64,000 nt of DNA, from positions 96,001-160,000 of the forward strand of contig JBBDRF010000005.1 in assembly GCA_040905565.1 (NCBI GenBank), in the 5' to 3' direction. This stretch comes from Phycisphaeraceae bacterium (GTDB lineage: Bacteria > Planctomycetota > Phycisphaerae > Phycisphaerales > Zrk34). Within the stretch, counting starts at the first letter, position 1; each line of letters begins with the position of its first letter. Under the pieces are notes generated by a model. That model ran no database searches, had not been told where the DNA came from, and saw only the letters and a program-made list of their open reading frames with translations. The translations under genes were made by a program, and so were the position numbers. Shown here piece by piece: positions 18,989-28,519 of the stretch.

Positions 18989-19618
18989 ATGGACGTCAAA
19001 CGATTCAACGGCACGACATGGCTCGCGCTACTCATGGTGCTCGCCCTGGGATGGGCCGGGGCGAACCAGTTCGGCACGGGTCAGGCGGAGGCGCAACAGG
19101 GGCCGCCTGACGACCGGCCGATGGGGGGCATGATGGACGACATGTCGCCGAAGATGATGGAGTTGATGCAGCGGGCCCACGCGGGGGACGACAGCGCGTG
19201 GCACGTGAGCGAAGAAGGCATCTTCGTCGTCCGTGGCACGCACGTGTTGCGGTATGACGCGGAATCGCTGGACCTGGTCGGCGAGGCGGAGTTGCCCGAG
19301 GAACTTTCGCCGGCGTTCGCGATCGAGCGGGAGGATCAGGAGCAGGCTGAGGATGAGCAGGCCCCGCAGGGGCGGCGTCAGATGCGAATGCAGCGGATGG
19401 AGCAGATGGAGCAGATGCGTCAGCGGATGCATCAGATGATGACCCAGGCGCAGGCTTCGCTGCCGACGGACATTCACGTCGTCGACGACGCCGTTTTCGT
19501 CACGCGTGGCACGGCCCTGCTGCGTTACGACCTCGAGCTGAACCTGCAGGAGGCCGCGGAGTTGCCTGGGTTGATGATGGACGACGAAGCGGAGCAGGCG
19601 CCCGCAGAGGAAGAATGA
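18989..19618 (+). CDS. Secreted Met/Gln-rich protein with an internal duplicated module
   Basis: Signal peptide, GGAG RBS, two copies of HV...(I/V)FV.RGT..LRYD.....AELP. Confidence 0.75.
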   Translation: MDVKRFNGTTWLALLMVLALGWAGANQFGTGQAEAQQGPPDDRPMGGMMDDMSPKMMELMQRAHAGDDSAWHVSEEGIFVVRGTHVLRYDAESLDLVGEAELPEELSPAFAIEREDQEQAEDEQAPQGRRQMRMQRMEQMEQMRQRMHQMMTQAQASLPTDIHVVDDAVFVTRGTALLRYDLELNLQEAAELPGLMMDDEAEQAPAEEE

Positions 19619-19693
19619 GCCGCAGCCCTTTGGATTCCCCCATACCTAGCGGAGCAGATGCCCCGGTGCGCGGCGCGTGCCGGGGCCTTTTCG

Positions 19694-20704
19694 TTACAGG
19701 CTCGGCAGAACCTTCTCCACGATCAGCAGGCCCGCCTCGGCCTGGGCGGGATCAGGACGACGGGACTGAGCGGCCAAGTTGCCCACCGCCAGAAGCACCC
19801 GTCGAATGTTCGCAAGCCGAGGCCAGTCGGACTCCACGGGAAGATCCAGACGCTTGCGTTCCCGCGAGAGGTTCTTCACCAGATCGCGACCGTCGAGCCG
19901 GTGCGGCACCGTCCAGAACAGATGCTCCACGTAGACCGCGTCCTCGATCCACCGGCCGACATGCACCCGTGCCAGATCAAATAGCACCGCGGGGCCGAGG
20001 GGCGCCGGGTGGTGCGTCATGGCGTTGGCCAGATGCAGATCACCGTGGCACCAGCCGGGATGATCGTCGGCGTGCCAGCGGGCGAGCATCGGCTTCAGCT
20101 TTTTCTTGACGATCTTCAGTACGCCGTTCCACCGCTGCGCCTCGGGGAGAACGCACTCACGCAGGGTTTTGCGGGCGCGATCCAGCAGTTCGGGCCAATG
20201 CTCATCAGGCGGGTCACGATCGACGGGATACGCAGCAGTCGCAGCCTGGAATCGACCGGCCGCTTCGATGAGCAGGTCGAATTCGTTGCCGCCCCACGCT
20301 GCATCCAGCGGGCCGACGGGCAGACGCTCCATCACGACCCACGCGAAATCGTACCCACCGAGTTCCATGCCGTGCGCGTAGATTTTGGGAACGATCGGCA
20401 GCGCGCCCTCCGCTACCTGCAACCGTGTGAGCCATCGCAGTTCCTGCGGCGGCACGGGCAACTTGATAACGACCGGCTGCGTTGGATCATCACCCTCAGC
20501 CCAATCGGCATAGGCGGTGACGGCCCCGCCGCGTTGCCAGTCGGTGCGGAACCAGCGGAGGTTCGAAATCCGGTTGCCGCACGCCTTGAGGAGCGACGGT
20601 TCGAGCGAGGTGCCGAACAGATCATGCGAGGGTGCGGAAAGCCCCTGCTGGCCTGCGAGGGGCGGCGACTTGCCGGGCTCGGGCTGCTTCGGTGCCATGG
20701 TCAT
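19694..20704 (-). CDS. Aminoglycoside phosphotransferase/kinase-like protein
   Basis: VIKLP, VMERL, CHGDLHLAN Brenner motif, LFDLA. Confidence 0.8.
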   Translation of the reverse strand: MTMAPKQPEPGKSPPLAGQQGLSAPSHDLFGTSLEPSLLKACGNRISNLRWFRTDWQRGGAVTAYADWAEGDDPTQPVVIKLPVPPQELRWLTRLQVAEGALPIVPKIYAHGMELGGYDFAWVVMERLPVGPLDAAWGGNEFDLLIEAAGRFQAATAAYPVDRDPPDEHWPELLDRARKTLRECVLPEAQRWNGVLKIVKKKLKPMLARWHADDHPGWCHGDLHLANAMTHHPAPLGPAVLFDLARVHVGRWIEDAVYVEHLFWTVPHRLDGRDLVKNLSRERKRLDLPVESDWPRLANIRRVLLAVGNLAAQSRRPDPAQAEAGLLIVEKVLPSL

Positions 20705-20762
20705 GAATGCGTGACTCGCGATGAACCGCAACAGCGGGCCCCCCGGCTGCCGTGCGTCGTGA

Positions 20763-22037
20763 TCAGTTCTGCCGAGCATAGCGCGACATGGCTACATCAA
20801 GCAGCGCGTTCGCCATCTCTTCCAGTGGCGTGTAGTTCCCGTTTTCAAGCAAATCGCCGATGTACCGCTGTTGAAGCTGACTGGCCTGCGACGACCGCAG
20901 CCGTTGCTCGATCTGCAGGAATACTTCCTTGATGCCCGTCGATTCGCCGCCGACCAGCGACTCCATCTTCACCCACGCGTAGCCGCCTTCGACTTCGATG
21001 CGCTGCGACTGCTGGCCGACTTCAAGGTCGCGAATGGCCTCGTTCACCTCCTGCCAGCGCAGCGCCTGAAAGCTTTCAAGGCCCTCGCTCAGTTCGAACG
21101 CCATGAGCCCGCCCTGACTGGCGCGGAAGCGGCTGTGCCGCTGTGCGACCTGCTCGAACGGCTGCTCCGAATCCAGAGCCGTTTCGACGGCATCGGCCGT
21201 GGCGGCATCGTCAACGAGAATCACGCGGACCTCCACCGTCGGCGCTTCGTTGTACTGGTCGTAATTGTCCTGGTAGTGCCGCTCGACATCCCGCCGCGTG
21301 ACGACGATCTGAGGCAGCAGTTTCTCCTGCCGATAGCGATCGATCAGGGCACGCTGGCGACGAATTTCCAGCTCCCGCGATAGGCTGTGCCCATGCTGCT
21401 GCTGAATCGCCCGCTCCGCCAGCGCCTGCGAGCCGAGGTGCTGAGCGAGAATCATCTCACGCTCTTTTTCCATGTAAGCAGCAAGCTGACGATGCTGGCC
21501 CTCATTGAGATCCTTCTCCGCCTCGGCGAGAATCAGCGCATCGACGACGCGACTTTGCACCTCCGCACCGATCAGGGCCTGCGCCTCGCGCCGAAACCCC
21601 AGCCGCGACTGGTTGTCGCCGAGGCGGCGGAGCACGTCTTCGCCGATGCTCCTGAAAATGGTGCGGGCGTAGACGGGCTTGCCGTTGATCTGTCCGACCA
21701 TGGCATCGAGAAACAGTTGGCCGGCGTCGGCGATGCTTTCGGTCGGCGCTTCGTCGGTCGTGGCCTCAGCGTCGGCCGTGGTCGGATTGGCCGCTTGCTC
21801 AGTGGTAATCGCAGGCTCGGTGGGTGCCTCTGCGTCGGTGGTGGGCGATTCGGCTCGGGACGGGCGTGTGGCCTGCGCGTGCGACTGTGCCGCGACAGAT
21901 TCCTCGCCTCCGGGCCCGGCATTGGCTGAGAAATCGCCCGGCGAGAGCGACGCCCCCCCGCCGTTGCCCCCGCAGCCAGTCACCAGCAGACCAAGCCAGC
22001 ACGCCACAATCCAACTCAGTCCTCTTACGCTCAACAT
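20763..22037 (-). CDS. SurA/PpiC-like peptidyl-prolyl isomerase lipoprotein
   Basis: Lipobox VTGC, VGQINGKPV, helical SurA-like region, VRVILV...FEQVAQRHS...GGL. Confidence 0.75.
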   Translation of the reverse strand: MLSVRGLSWIVACWLGLLVTGCGGNGGGASLSPGDFSANAGPGGEESVAAQSHAQATRPSRAESPTTDAEAPTEPAITTEQAANPTTADAEATTDEAPTESIADAGQLFLDAMVGQINGKPVYARTIFRSIGEDVLRRLGDNQSRLGFRREAQALIGAEVQSRVVDALILAEAEKDLNEGQHRQLAAYMEKEREMILAQHLGSQALAERAIQQQHGHSLSRELEIRRQRALIDRYRQEKLLPQIVVTRRDVERHYQDNYDQYNEAPTVEVRVILVDDAATADAVETALDSEQPFEQVAQRHSRFRASQGGLMAFELSEGLESFQALRWQEVNEAIRDLEVGQQSQRIEVEGGYAWVKMESLVGGESTGIKEVFLQIEQRLRSSQASQLQQRYIGDLLENGNYTPLEEMANALLDVAMSRYARQN

Positions 22038-22231
22038 GAAGATATCAGCCTGTAATGGTTGCGATTCGAGAGCCTCGCAGGCACCCGTTCCGTGCTCAAG
22101 TCTACACTGCGGCGACCGCCCCGGACAACCGCCGAGCCCCCCGCCACGTTCGCAGTGATTGGATCGAGGGCCTATACTGTGACCGACCGCAGATGGAAAG
22201 CACTATTTTTGCAGAAAGACTTGAGGTTCTT

Positions 22232-22822
22232 ATGAGCGACACCGGCGATTCAGGCAAGATCATCACGGGCGACGATTGGAAGCGTCGGCCCGAAGACGAA
22301 GCCGGGCAGAAGCCCTCCGGTGGCGGCGAAGACCAGTCCAAGCTGCACATCGACGACGACTGGAAAGCGCAGGCCCGCGCCGAGAAAGAACGTCTCGCCC
22401 AGGAAGCTGAGCAGGGCGGCGGCGAAGGAGCCGAGGCCGGCGGACCAGGCGGCCGCGAGATGCCCCCCGCGAACTTCCAGACGCTGCTTTCGACCATCGC
22501 AAGCCAGGCCCTCCTCTACATGGGCGCGATTCCCGATCCGTCCACCGGGCAGCGCATCGCCCACCTGGAACTGGCCAAGCACCACATCGATCTGCTCGGC
22601 GTCCTCCACGAGAAGACCAAGGGCAACCTCGAAGACGAAGAAGACAAGATGCTCACGCAGACGCTCGAAGAGCTGCGGATGTACCACACGCAGGTCGGTG
22701 AGCAACTGGCGAAGCAGCAGGCCGAAGGCGGCGGCCAAGGCGGCCCCATGGGCGGTCCCGGTGGTCCGATGGGCGGCGGCGGCAACCCGTTCGGCGGCGG
22801 CCCGGCCGGCCCCATGGGCTGA
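22232..22822 (+). CDS. DUF1844-domain protein
   Basis: IDDDWK, F.TL...QALLYMG, AKHHIDLL.VL.EKTKGNL; Gly/Pro/Met tail. Confidence 0.85.
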   Translation: MSDTGDSGKIITGDDWKRRPEDEAGQKPSGGGEDQSKLHIDDDWKAQARAEKERLAQEAEQGGGEGAEAGGPGGREMPPANFQTLLSTIASQALLYMGAIPDPSTGQRIAHLELAKHHIDLLGVLHEKTKGNLEDEEDKMLTQTLEELRMYHTQVGEQLAKQQAEGGGQGGPMGGPGGPMGGGGNPFGGGPAGPMG

Positions 22823-22865
22823 GGCTGGCACTCGGGGGCAACTGGGGAGCGACAACTGAAGGAGC

Positions 22866-23144
22866 GTGGCCGTGCCCGATCGCGACGAGGAAGATGAGCT
22901 CGACCGTCATCTGACGCACCCGCCACCCAAGAGTCATCTCTGGCTGTGGGTGATAAGCGTGGGCATCGTGATCGTGTTCATCGTGCTGCTGCTTGCGATG
23001 CTGATCTTCACCGAGCGCGACGATCCCACGCAACTCGCCCCCACCCCCATCGAGCCGCCACGACCGGCCCAGCCGCAACCCGAGAGCACCGGCGAACGCC
23101 CCACGCTTCCCTCAGGCGGCGGCTCCCCCATCGACTCACACTAA
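22866..23144 (+). CDS. Small single-TM hypothetical protein
   Basis: AAGGAG RBS before GTG, one TM helix, Pro-rich tail. Confidence 0.6.
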   Translation: MAVPDRDEEDELDRHLTHPPPKSHLWLWVISVGIVIVFIVLLLAMLIFTERDDPTQLAPTPIEPPRPAQPQPESTGERPTLPSGGGSPIDSH

Positions 23145-23151
23145 CACCCGC

Positions 23152-26100
23152 TCACCCCGCGCCGACGGCCTCGGGTTCCAGCGGACGGACGAGCAGCTTG
23201 CGCAGCACGGCGAGCATCGTGGACGCGTTCTCAAGATAGTTCGCCGGCGGGCGGTAGTAGACCGTTCCCGCCCGTTCCTCCGTCGGTGTATCCACCAGCC
23301 GCACGCTACCCGGTGCGCCCTCCAGCAACGGCGAAAGCTGACGCACTTCCTTGGTCGTGAAGATCAGGTCAGGCCCGTCCCGCTTCAGCGAATCCACCCC
23401 GTGCAGACTGAGCGCCACCCGGATCTCCGTCAGGTCCAGCAGCGTCCTGGCCGCATCCGGCAACTCCCCGTAAGCATCCACCAGATCCTTCTCCACCTGG
23501 TGCAGCGTCTCCAGATCAGGTGCCCGGCTGACACGGCGGTACGCTTCCATGCGGTGTCGCGATGACGGGATGTAACGCTTGGGAAAATGCCCAGCGATCG
23601 CCAGTTCCACATGCGTATTCACCGGCTCCGCAGTCGGCTGACGCTTGAGTTGATGCGTCGCCTCTTCAAGCAGCCGGCAGTACATCTCGTAACCGACGAT
23701 CGCGATGTGGCCCGACTGCTCCGCGCCGAGAATGTTGCCGACGCCTCGGATCTCCATGTCGCGCATCGCGATCTTGAAGCCCGCCCCCAGCATCGAGAAC
23801 TCTTCGATCGCACGCAGCCTTCGCAGTGCGACTTCGCTCAACGGCCGCTCCTCCGGCAGGGTCATGTAGCAGTACGCCCGGTGCTTGTACCGGCCCACAC
23901 GCCCCCGCAACTGATGAAGCTCAGCAAGCCCAAAGCGGTCCGCGTCGGTGATGATCATCGTGTTGGCGGTGGGAATGTCCAGACCCGACTCGATGATCGT
24001 CGTCGAGACCAGCACGTCCACTTCGCGGTTAATAAAGCGCAGCATGACCTGTTCAAGTTCATGGCCGGGCATCTGACCGTGGCCCACCGCCAGCTTCGCT
24101 TCGGGGACGAGGATCGAAAGCTCCTGCGCCACGCGATGAATGCTCTTCACGCGGTTGTGCACGAAGTAGACCTGCCCGTCGCGGTTCATCTCCCGCAGAA
24201 TGGCGGTGCGGATGCGCTTCGGATCGTACGGGACGACCTCCGTCAGCACAGCCCGGCGGTCGGCGGGGGGCGTGCTGAGCGAGCTGATATCACGCAGGCC
24301 AAGCAGTGCCATGTGCAGCGTGCGGGGGATCGGCGTGGCCGATAGCGTGAGCACGTCAACCATCATTCGCAGCTTCAGAAGCCGACTCTTATGCTCGACG
24401 CCGAAGCGCTGCTCTTCGTCGATCACCACGAGGCCGAGGTCTTTGAAGCGGACGTCGTCGCTGAGCAGACGGTGCGTGCCGATGAGGATATCGACCTTGC
24501 CTTCGCGGGCGGCCTCAAGCGCAAGGCGGACGTCGCCGGCTTTCTTGAAACGGTTCAGTGCGGCGATGCGGACGGGATAGTCAGCCATGCGCTGGTGGAA
24601 GGTACGTTCGTGCTGTTCGCAGAGCACGGTCGTCGGGCAAAGGATGGCGACCTGCTTGCCCGCATCAACTGCCTTGAACGCGGCCCGAATGGCGACCTCG
24701 GTTTTGCCGTAGCCCACGTCGCCACAGATGAGGCGGTCCATCGGGCGCGGACTGGTCATATCCTTCTTGATCTCGGCGATGGCGGCGAGCTGATCTTCGG
24801 TTTCCTCGTAGGGGAACTCCGCTTCGAACTGCTTCATCCACATGGAATCTTCGGGCGCGCGGAAGCCGGGCATCGCCTCGCGGGCGGCCTGGACACGCAG
24901 CAATTCCGAGGCAAGACTTTTCGCCGCCTCCTTCGCCGCATCCTTCTGCTTCTTCCATCGCGTGCCGCCGAGTTTGCTCAACGGCGGCCGGCCCGCGAAC
25001 CCGCCGATGTACTTGTGCACCAGCTCAATCTGTGAAGCGGGGACGTGCAGCAGGGCGCGGTCGGCGAACTCGAGCGTCAGATATTCTTCGCTGATTTTGC
25101 TGCCGGCTTCGCGCTTCATCATCCGCATGCCGCGGAACTTTGCGATGCCGTGGTGCATGTGGACGACGTAATCGCCCTCGTCAATGTCAAGGAACGAGTC
25201 GATCGGCCTTGCTGCCCCGACACGTCGCACCCGCCGCCGCGCCTGGTAACGATGCATCAACTCGTGGTGCGGGATGAGCGCGAGCGGCCGATCCTCATCC
25301 GCTTCCCACACAAACCCGCGGAAGAGGTAACCGGTTTCGACTTTGATCAGATCGGCGACGTCCGCAGCATGTTCCTGCAGCAGTTCACGCAGGCGATCGC
25401 ACTCGGCATCACGGCGGGCGAGCACGACCACATCATGCTTGTCATACCCCCCGCTGCCGCGCGCCAGTTCGGCAAGCTCGGTCACGGCTTCGACGGCATC
25501 AGTGGCGAAGTTCATCAGCGAATGCACCGGCATCGCGACGCGCCGCTCGGCCATGCCCGGCGCGGCGAACTGGTTGACTTCGACGACGGCGAATTTGCTC
25601 AGCCCCTTCTGCACCATGTCCGGCGGGATGATGCCCGTCGCATCGGTCAGCCGTTCGTAGTAACCGCGCGCCTGCTCAGCAATCTCCATCGTCTCTTGCA
25701 GCACGACCACGGTTTCGCTTTTGAGCAGCGACCAGAAGTTGGTCGTCCGCTCCTCATCCTGAATCTTCTCAGGCGACGCACCGATGAGCCGGACGCCTTC
25801 GAGCTTACGGCCGGAGCCCATGGTGTCGGGGTTCACCTCGGTGACCTCATCGATCTGATCGCCGAAGAAATCGATGCGGACCGGCGGGAGATTGCCGGGG
25901 GGCATGACGTCGACGATGCCGCCTCGGATGGCGAAATCGCCCGGCTCTTCAATGCCGTCCACCCGGTTGTAGCCGGCATCCGCGAGCCATTCGGTCAGCT
26001 CGTGCTGATCAAGCGTCTGCCCGGGTTTGAGCTGTCTGGCCATCGAGCCGATCGCCTCGGCCTGCGGCACGGCCTGCATCAAGGCCTGCACCGGCGCGAT

Positions 26101-26451
26101 GATCACACTCGGCTGCTGTTGCTCCATCAACTGCCCGACAAGCGTCAGCCGCTCGGCCAGCAGTTCAAGGCTCACATGCGATTCGCCGGGCATCAGCTCC
26201 AGCGCCCCGAACGTCTCCGTCGTCACGCCTTCCAGCAGTTCAAGATCTTCCTTCGCCTCATCGGCTTCATCGAGATGCGCGACCACCAACAGCACCGGCC
26301 GTTTCGATTGGCGAGCGATCATACCCGCAAGCAGGTGGCCGCTGGAGCCCCACGAACCTTCCGCCATCACCCGCTGCGACGGATCGATCGCGTCCACCAG
26401 TTCACGAACTGATGCATCGCTCTCGATCTGTTCAAGCCAGGCACGGGTCAT
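23152..26451 (-). CDS. mfd: Transcription-repair coupling factor
   Basis: UvrB-homology region (GDFAIRGGIVDV), CarD-like region (GDYVVHMHHGIAKF), GDVGYGKT, DEEQRFG, SATPIPRT, QLRGRVGR, TRCF domain. Confidence 0.98.
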   Translation of the reverse strand: MTRAWLEQIESDASVRELVDAIDPSQRVMAEGSWGSSGHLLAGMIARQSKRPVLLVVAHLDEADEAKEDLELLEGVTTETFGALELMPGESHVSLELLAERLTLVGQLMEQQQPSVIIAPVQALMQAVPQAEAIGSMARQLKPGQTLDQHELTEWLADAGYNRVDGIEEPGDFAIRGGIVDVMPPGNLPPVRIDFFGDQIDEVTEVNPDTMGSGRKLEGVRLIGASPEKIQDEERTTNFWSLLKSETVVVLQETMEIAEQARGYYERLTDATGIIPPDMVQKGLSKFAVVEVNQFAAPGMAERRVAMPVHSLMNFATDAVEAVTELAELARGSGGYDKHDVVVLARRDAECDRLRELLQEHAADVADLIKVETGYLFRGFVWEADEDRPLALIPHHELMHRYQARRRVRRVGAARPIDSFLDIDEGDYVVHMHHGIAKFRGMRMMKREAGSKISEEYLTLEFADRALLHVPASQIELVHKYIGGFAGRPPLSKLGGTRWKKQKDAAKEAAKSLASELLRVQAAREAMPGFRAPEDSMWMKQFEAEFPYEETEDQLAAIAEIKKDMTSPRPMDRLICGDVGYGKTEVAIRAAFKAVDAGKQVAILCPTTVLCEQHERTFHQRMADYPVRIAALNRFKKAGDVRLALEAAREGKVDILIGTHRLLSDDVRFKDLGLVVIDEEQRFGVEHKSRLLKLRMMVDVLTLSATPIPRTLHMALLGLRDISSLSTPPADRRAVLTEVVPYDPKRIRTAILREMNRDGQVYFVHNRVKSIHRVAQELSILVPEAKLAVGHGQMPGHELEQVMLRFINREVDVLVSTTIIESGLDIPTANTMIITDADRFGLAELHQLRGRVGRYKHRAYCYMTLPEERPLSEVALRRLRAIEEFSMLGAGFKIAMRDMEIRGVGNILGAEQSGHIAIVGYEMYCRLLEEATHQLKRQPTAEPVNTHVELAIAGHFPKRYIPSSRHRMEAYRRVSRAPDLETLHQVEKDLVDAYGELPDAARTLLDLTEIRVALSLHGVDSLKRDGPDLIFTTKEVRQLSPLLEGAPGSVRLVDTPTEERAGTVYYRPPANYLENASTMLAVLRKLLVRPLEPEAVGAG

Positions 26452-26460
26452 CTCAGGTTC

Positions 26461-27042
26461 TCAGTCCGCTGAGGAGTCCAAACGTTTCATGCGCTCGTTG
26501 AGCATCGGCACTTCGTACAGGCTCATCTGCGGCGAGGCCTGCGGCGGCGGGCCGAGGTCCGGCACGTCTTCAAGGACATGCACCATGGCGATCTCATCAC
26601 ACGCGTGATTCTTCGGGCAGCGGGCGCATTCGCTCCACACCTTCAAGGGCAGTTCACGGTGACGGTCGACGACCTTGAAGCCGCAGCGATCGAAGAAACG
26701 CTGTTCGTAAGTGAGCGAAAACGCCCGGCGGATGCCGAGCCTTCTTGCTTCATCGACCGCCGCTGCGACGAGTTTCCGCCCCAGCCCCTGCCCCGTGGCA
26801 CGAGGCGAAACGGCCAGCGCGTACACCTCCGCCAAATTGCTCCACATGATGCGAAGGCCGACCACCCCCACCACTTCGCCTTCGAGCCGGGCGACCTCAA
26901 AATCGCGCACGCGCTCATACAACTCTGCGTGCGAGCGGTGCAGCATCAGCCCCTGCTCGGCGTAGTCGTTGATCAGGGCGGCCATACCCGGTACGTCGGC
27001 CACACCGGCTTGTTCAATCGCAACGGTCATTGAATCACTCAT
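26461..27042 (-). CDS. argA: Short GNAT amino-acid N-acetyltransferase (ArgA-like)
   Basis: LAEVYALAV...GQGLGR, FSLTYEQRFF, LPLKVWSECARCPK...CDE; ATGA overlap with the upstream gene. Confidence 0.75.
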   Translation of the reverse strand: MSDSMTVAIEQAGVADVPGMAALINDYAEQGLMLHRSHAELYERVRDFEVARLEGEVVGVVGLRIMWSNLAEVYALAVSPRATGQGLGRKLVAAAVDEARRLGIRRAFSLTYEQRFFDRCGFKVVDRHRELPLKVWSECARCPKNHACDEIAMVHVLEDVPDLGPPPQASPQMSLYEVPMLNERMKRLDSSAD

Positions 27043-27842
27043 GATACGCGTGGTTGGAGGTGGTGGCCGGCGTGCTCGATCAGCGGCCGCAGGGGCTTGT
27101 CGGTCAGCAGGTACAGCGGGCTCATGACCTTCGTGCCGACCGCGACATGCTGAACGCCCGCCTTGATATAGTCGTCGATGTCGGCTGTGGTCGTGATGCC
27201 CCCGCCGCCGATGAGGGTGACGGCATCGGTGAGATCGCCCAGCAGTCGCGATCGCAGATCCCGAATGCAGGCAAGGGCGACGGGCTTCAACGGCTTGCCG
27301 CTCATCCCCCCCGCCGGCACCGGCAGCGTGTTGCAACAGTGAAAGGTGCGCACCCCCGCCTCCAGCGCCTGCCTCGCCATCAGCTCATAGTTCACCGGCG
27401 GCAACTTCACGATCACCCCCCCCACCTTGCCCGCCGCCTTAATCGCACCCTCGAACAGGTCCGCCGGCCAGCTGACTTCCCCCACGTTGGGGCAGCTCAT
27501 GTTCAGCTCAATGGCCAGCGGCTCAATCATCTGCACCTGTTCGAGCAGCTTGTACCAATCGTCGGTGGAGAAACCGTGGATGCTGACGATCTTGTCCGCC
27601 ACATCGGCGCGGCCCGCCTGGACCCGCTCAACCAGCGAATCGATCCCCGGGTTCCGCAGGCCGATCTTGTTCACCCACGCCCCGATGCGGCGATAGTGCC
27701 GGACCGTGCGTAGAATCTGCAGGAGCCGACCAGGCCGTCGTGCGGCGGTGAAGGTGCCCAGCGTCGGCGTTGTGCCCCTCGGCTGGATGTAGTTGCCGAA
27801 CGGGGCGGAGATAATCAGCGGTTGAATTCTGGCGTCGCTCAC
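27039..27842 (-). CDS. Dihydroorotate dehydrogenase-like FMN enzyme
   Basis: NKIGLRNPG, ELNMSCPN, VKLPP, CNT, GGMSG, GGGGI; GTG start inferred. Confidence 0.75.
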   Translation of the reverse strand: MSDARIQPLIISAPFGNYIQPRGTTPTLGTFTAARRPGRLLQILRTVRHYRRIGAWVNKIGLRNPGIDSLVERVQAGRADVADKIVSIHGFSTDDWYKLLEQVQMIEPLAIELNMSCPNVGEVSWPADLFEGAIKAAGKVGGVIVKLPPVNYELMARQALEAGVRTFHCCNTLPVPAGGMSGKPLKPVALACIRDLRSRLLGDLTDAVTLIGGGGITTTADIDDYIKAGVQHVAVGTKVMSPLYLLTDKPLRPLIEHAGHHLQPRVS

Positions 27843-27912
27843 GAAAGATGCTCCAGCAGTGTGGGTGCAGTATAGTAACCGACCGCCCAACCGACCCGCG
27901 AAAGCAGCTTCC

Positions 27913-28362
27913 GTGTCCGATCCCCAGCCCCACTCCGACGAACCGCAGGATGACGGCCCCGTCGTCACCGACGAAGAACGCATGCTGTTCGATGCGATGT
28001 TCGAATCCGTGCTCGACGAACTGCCTCGCCGGTTCCACGAGCTGATTGAAGAGGTGCCGATCGTCGTGGAGGATTACCCCGGCGACGAGGTGCTGGACGA
28101 ACTGGAGATTGAAGACGCCAGCGAACTGTGCGGCCTGCACACCGGCATCCCCCTCACCGAACGCTCAACGTCCGACTCGGGCGTGCTCGGCGACGTGATC
28201 CACATCTACCGCGACGGCATCCTGAACCTCGTCGCAGAGAAGCATCAGGAAGTCGTCAAGCCCGAAACGCTCCGCGTCGAGATCCGCATCACCGTCCTTC
28301 ACGAGATCGGCCACCACTTCGGTCTCGATGAAGAAGATCTCCGCAAGCTCGGTTACGAATAA
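27913..28362 (+). CDS. Zincin-like metallopeptidase (DUF1025-type)
   Basis: GLHTGIPLTER, IHIYRDGI, TVLHEIGHHFGLDEEDL. Confidence 0.88.
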   Translation: MSDPQPHSDEPQDDGPVVTDEERMLFDAMFESVLDELPRRFHELIEEVPIVVEDYPGDEVLDELEIEDASELCGLHTGIPLTERSTSDSGVLGDVIHIYRDGILNLVAEKHQEVVKPETLRVEIRITVLHEIGHHFGLDEEDLRKLGYE

Positions 28363-28519
28363 GGGCGCATGCGACGCCGATGGCAGCCGATTGTTCCCGG
28401 GTTTTTCCCCGGGAGCGCTCCCTCTCGCGCGTGGCTAGCATCGCACGATGCGCTAACTTACTCCTGACCTTGATCACCCTGCTCGTCGGGCTTGGGCCGG
28501 TGGCGCGGAGTGAGGTGTT

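Noticed and set aside
19694..20704. Aminoglycoside resistance gene
   Set aside because: Only the generic kinase fold motif is present, in a housekeeping context with no mobile-element signs.
22730..22822. GGC-rich tandem DNA repeats
   Set aside because: Explained by the Gly/Pro/Met low-complexity protein tail.
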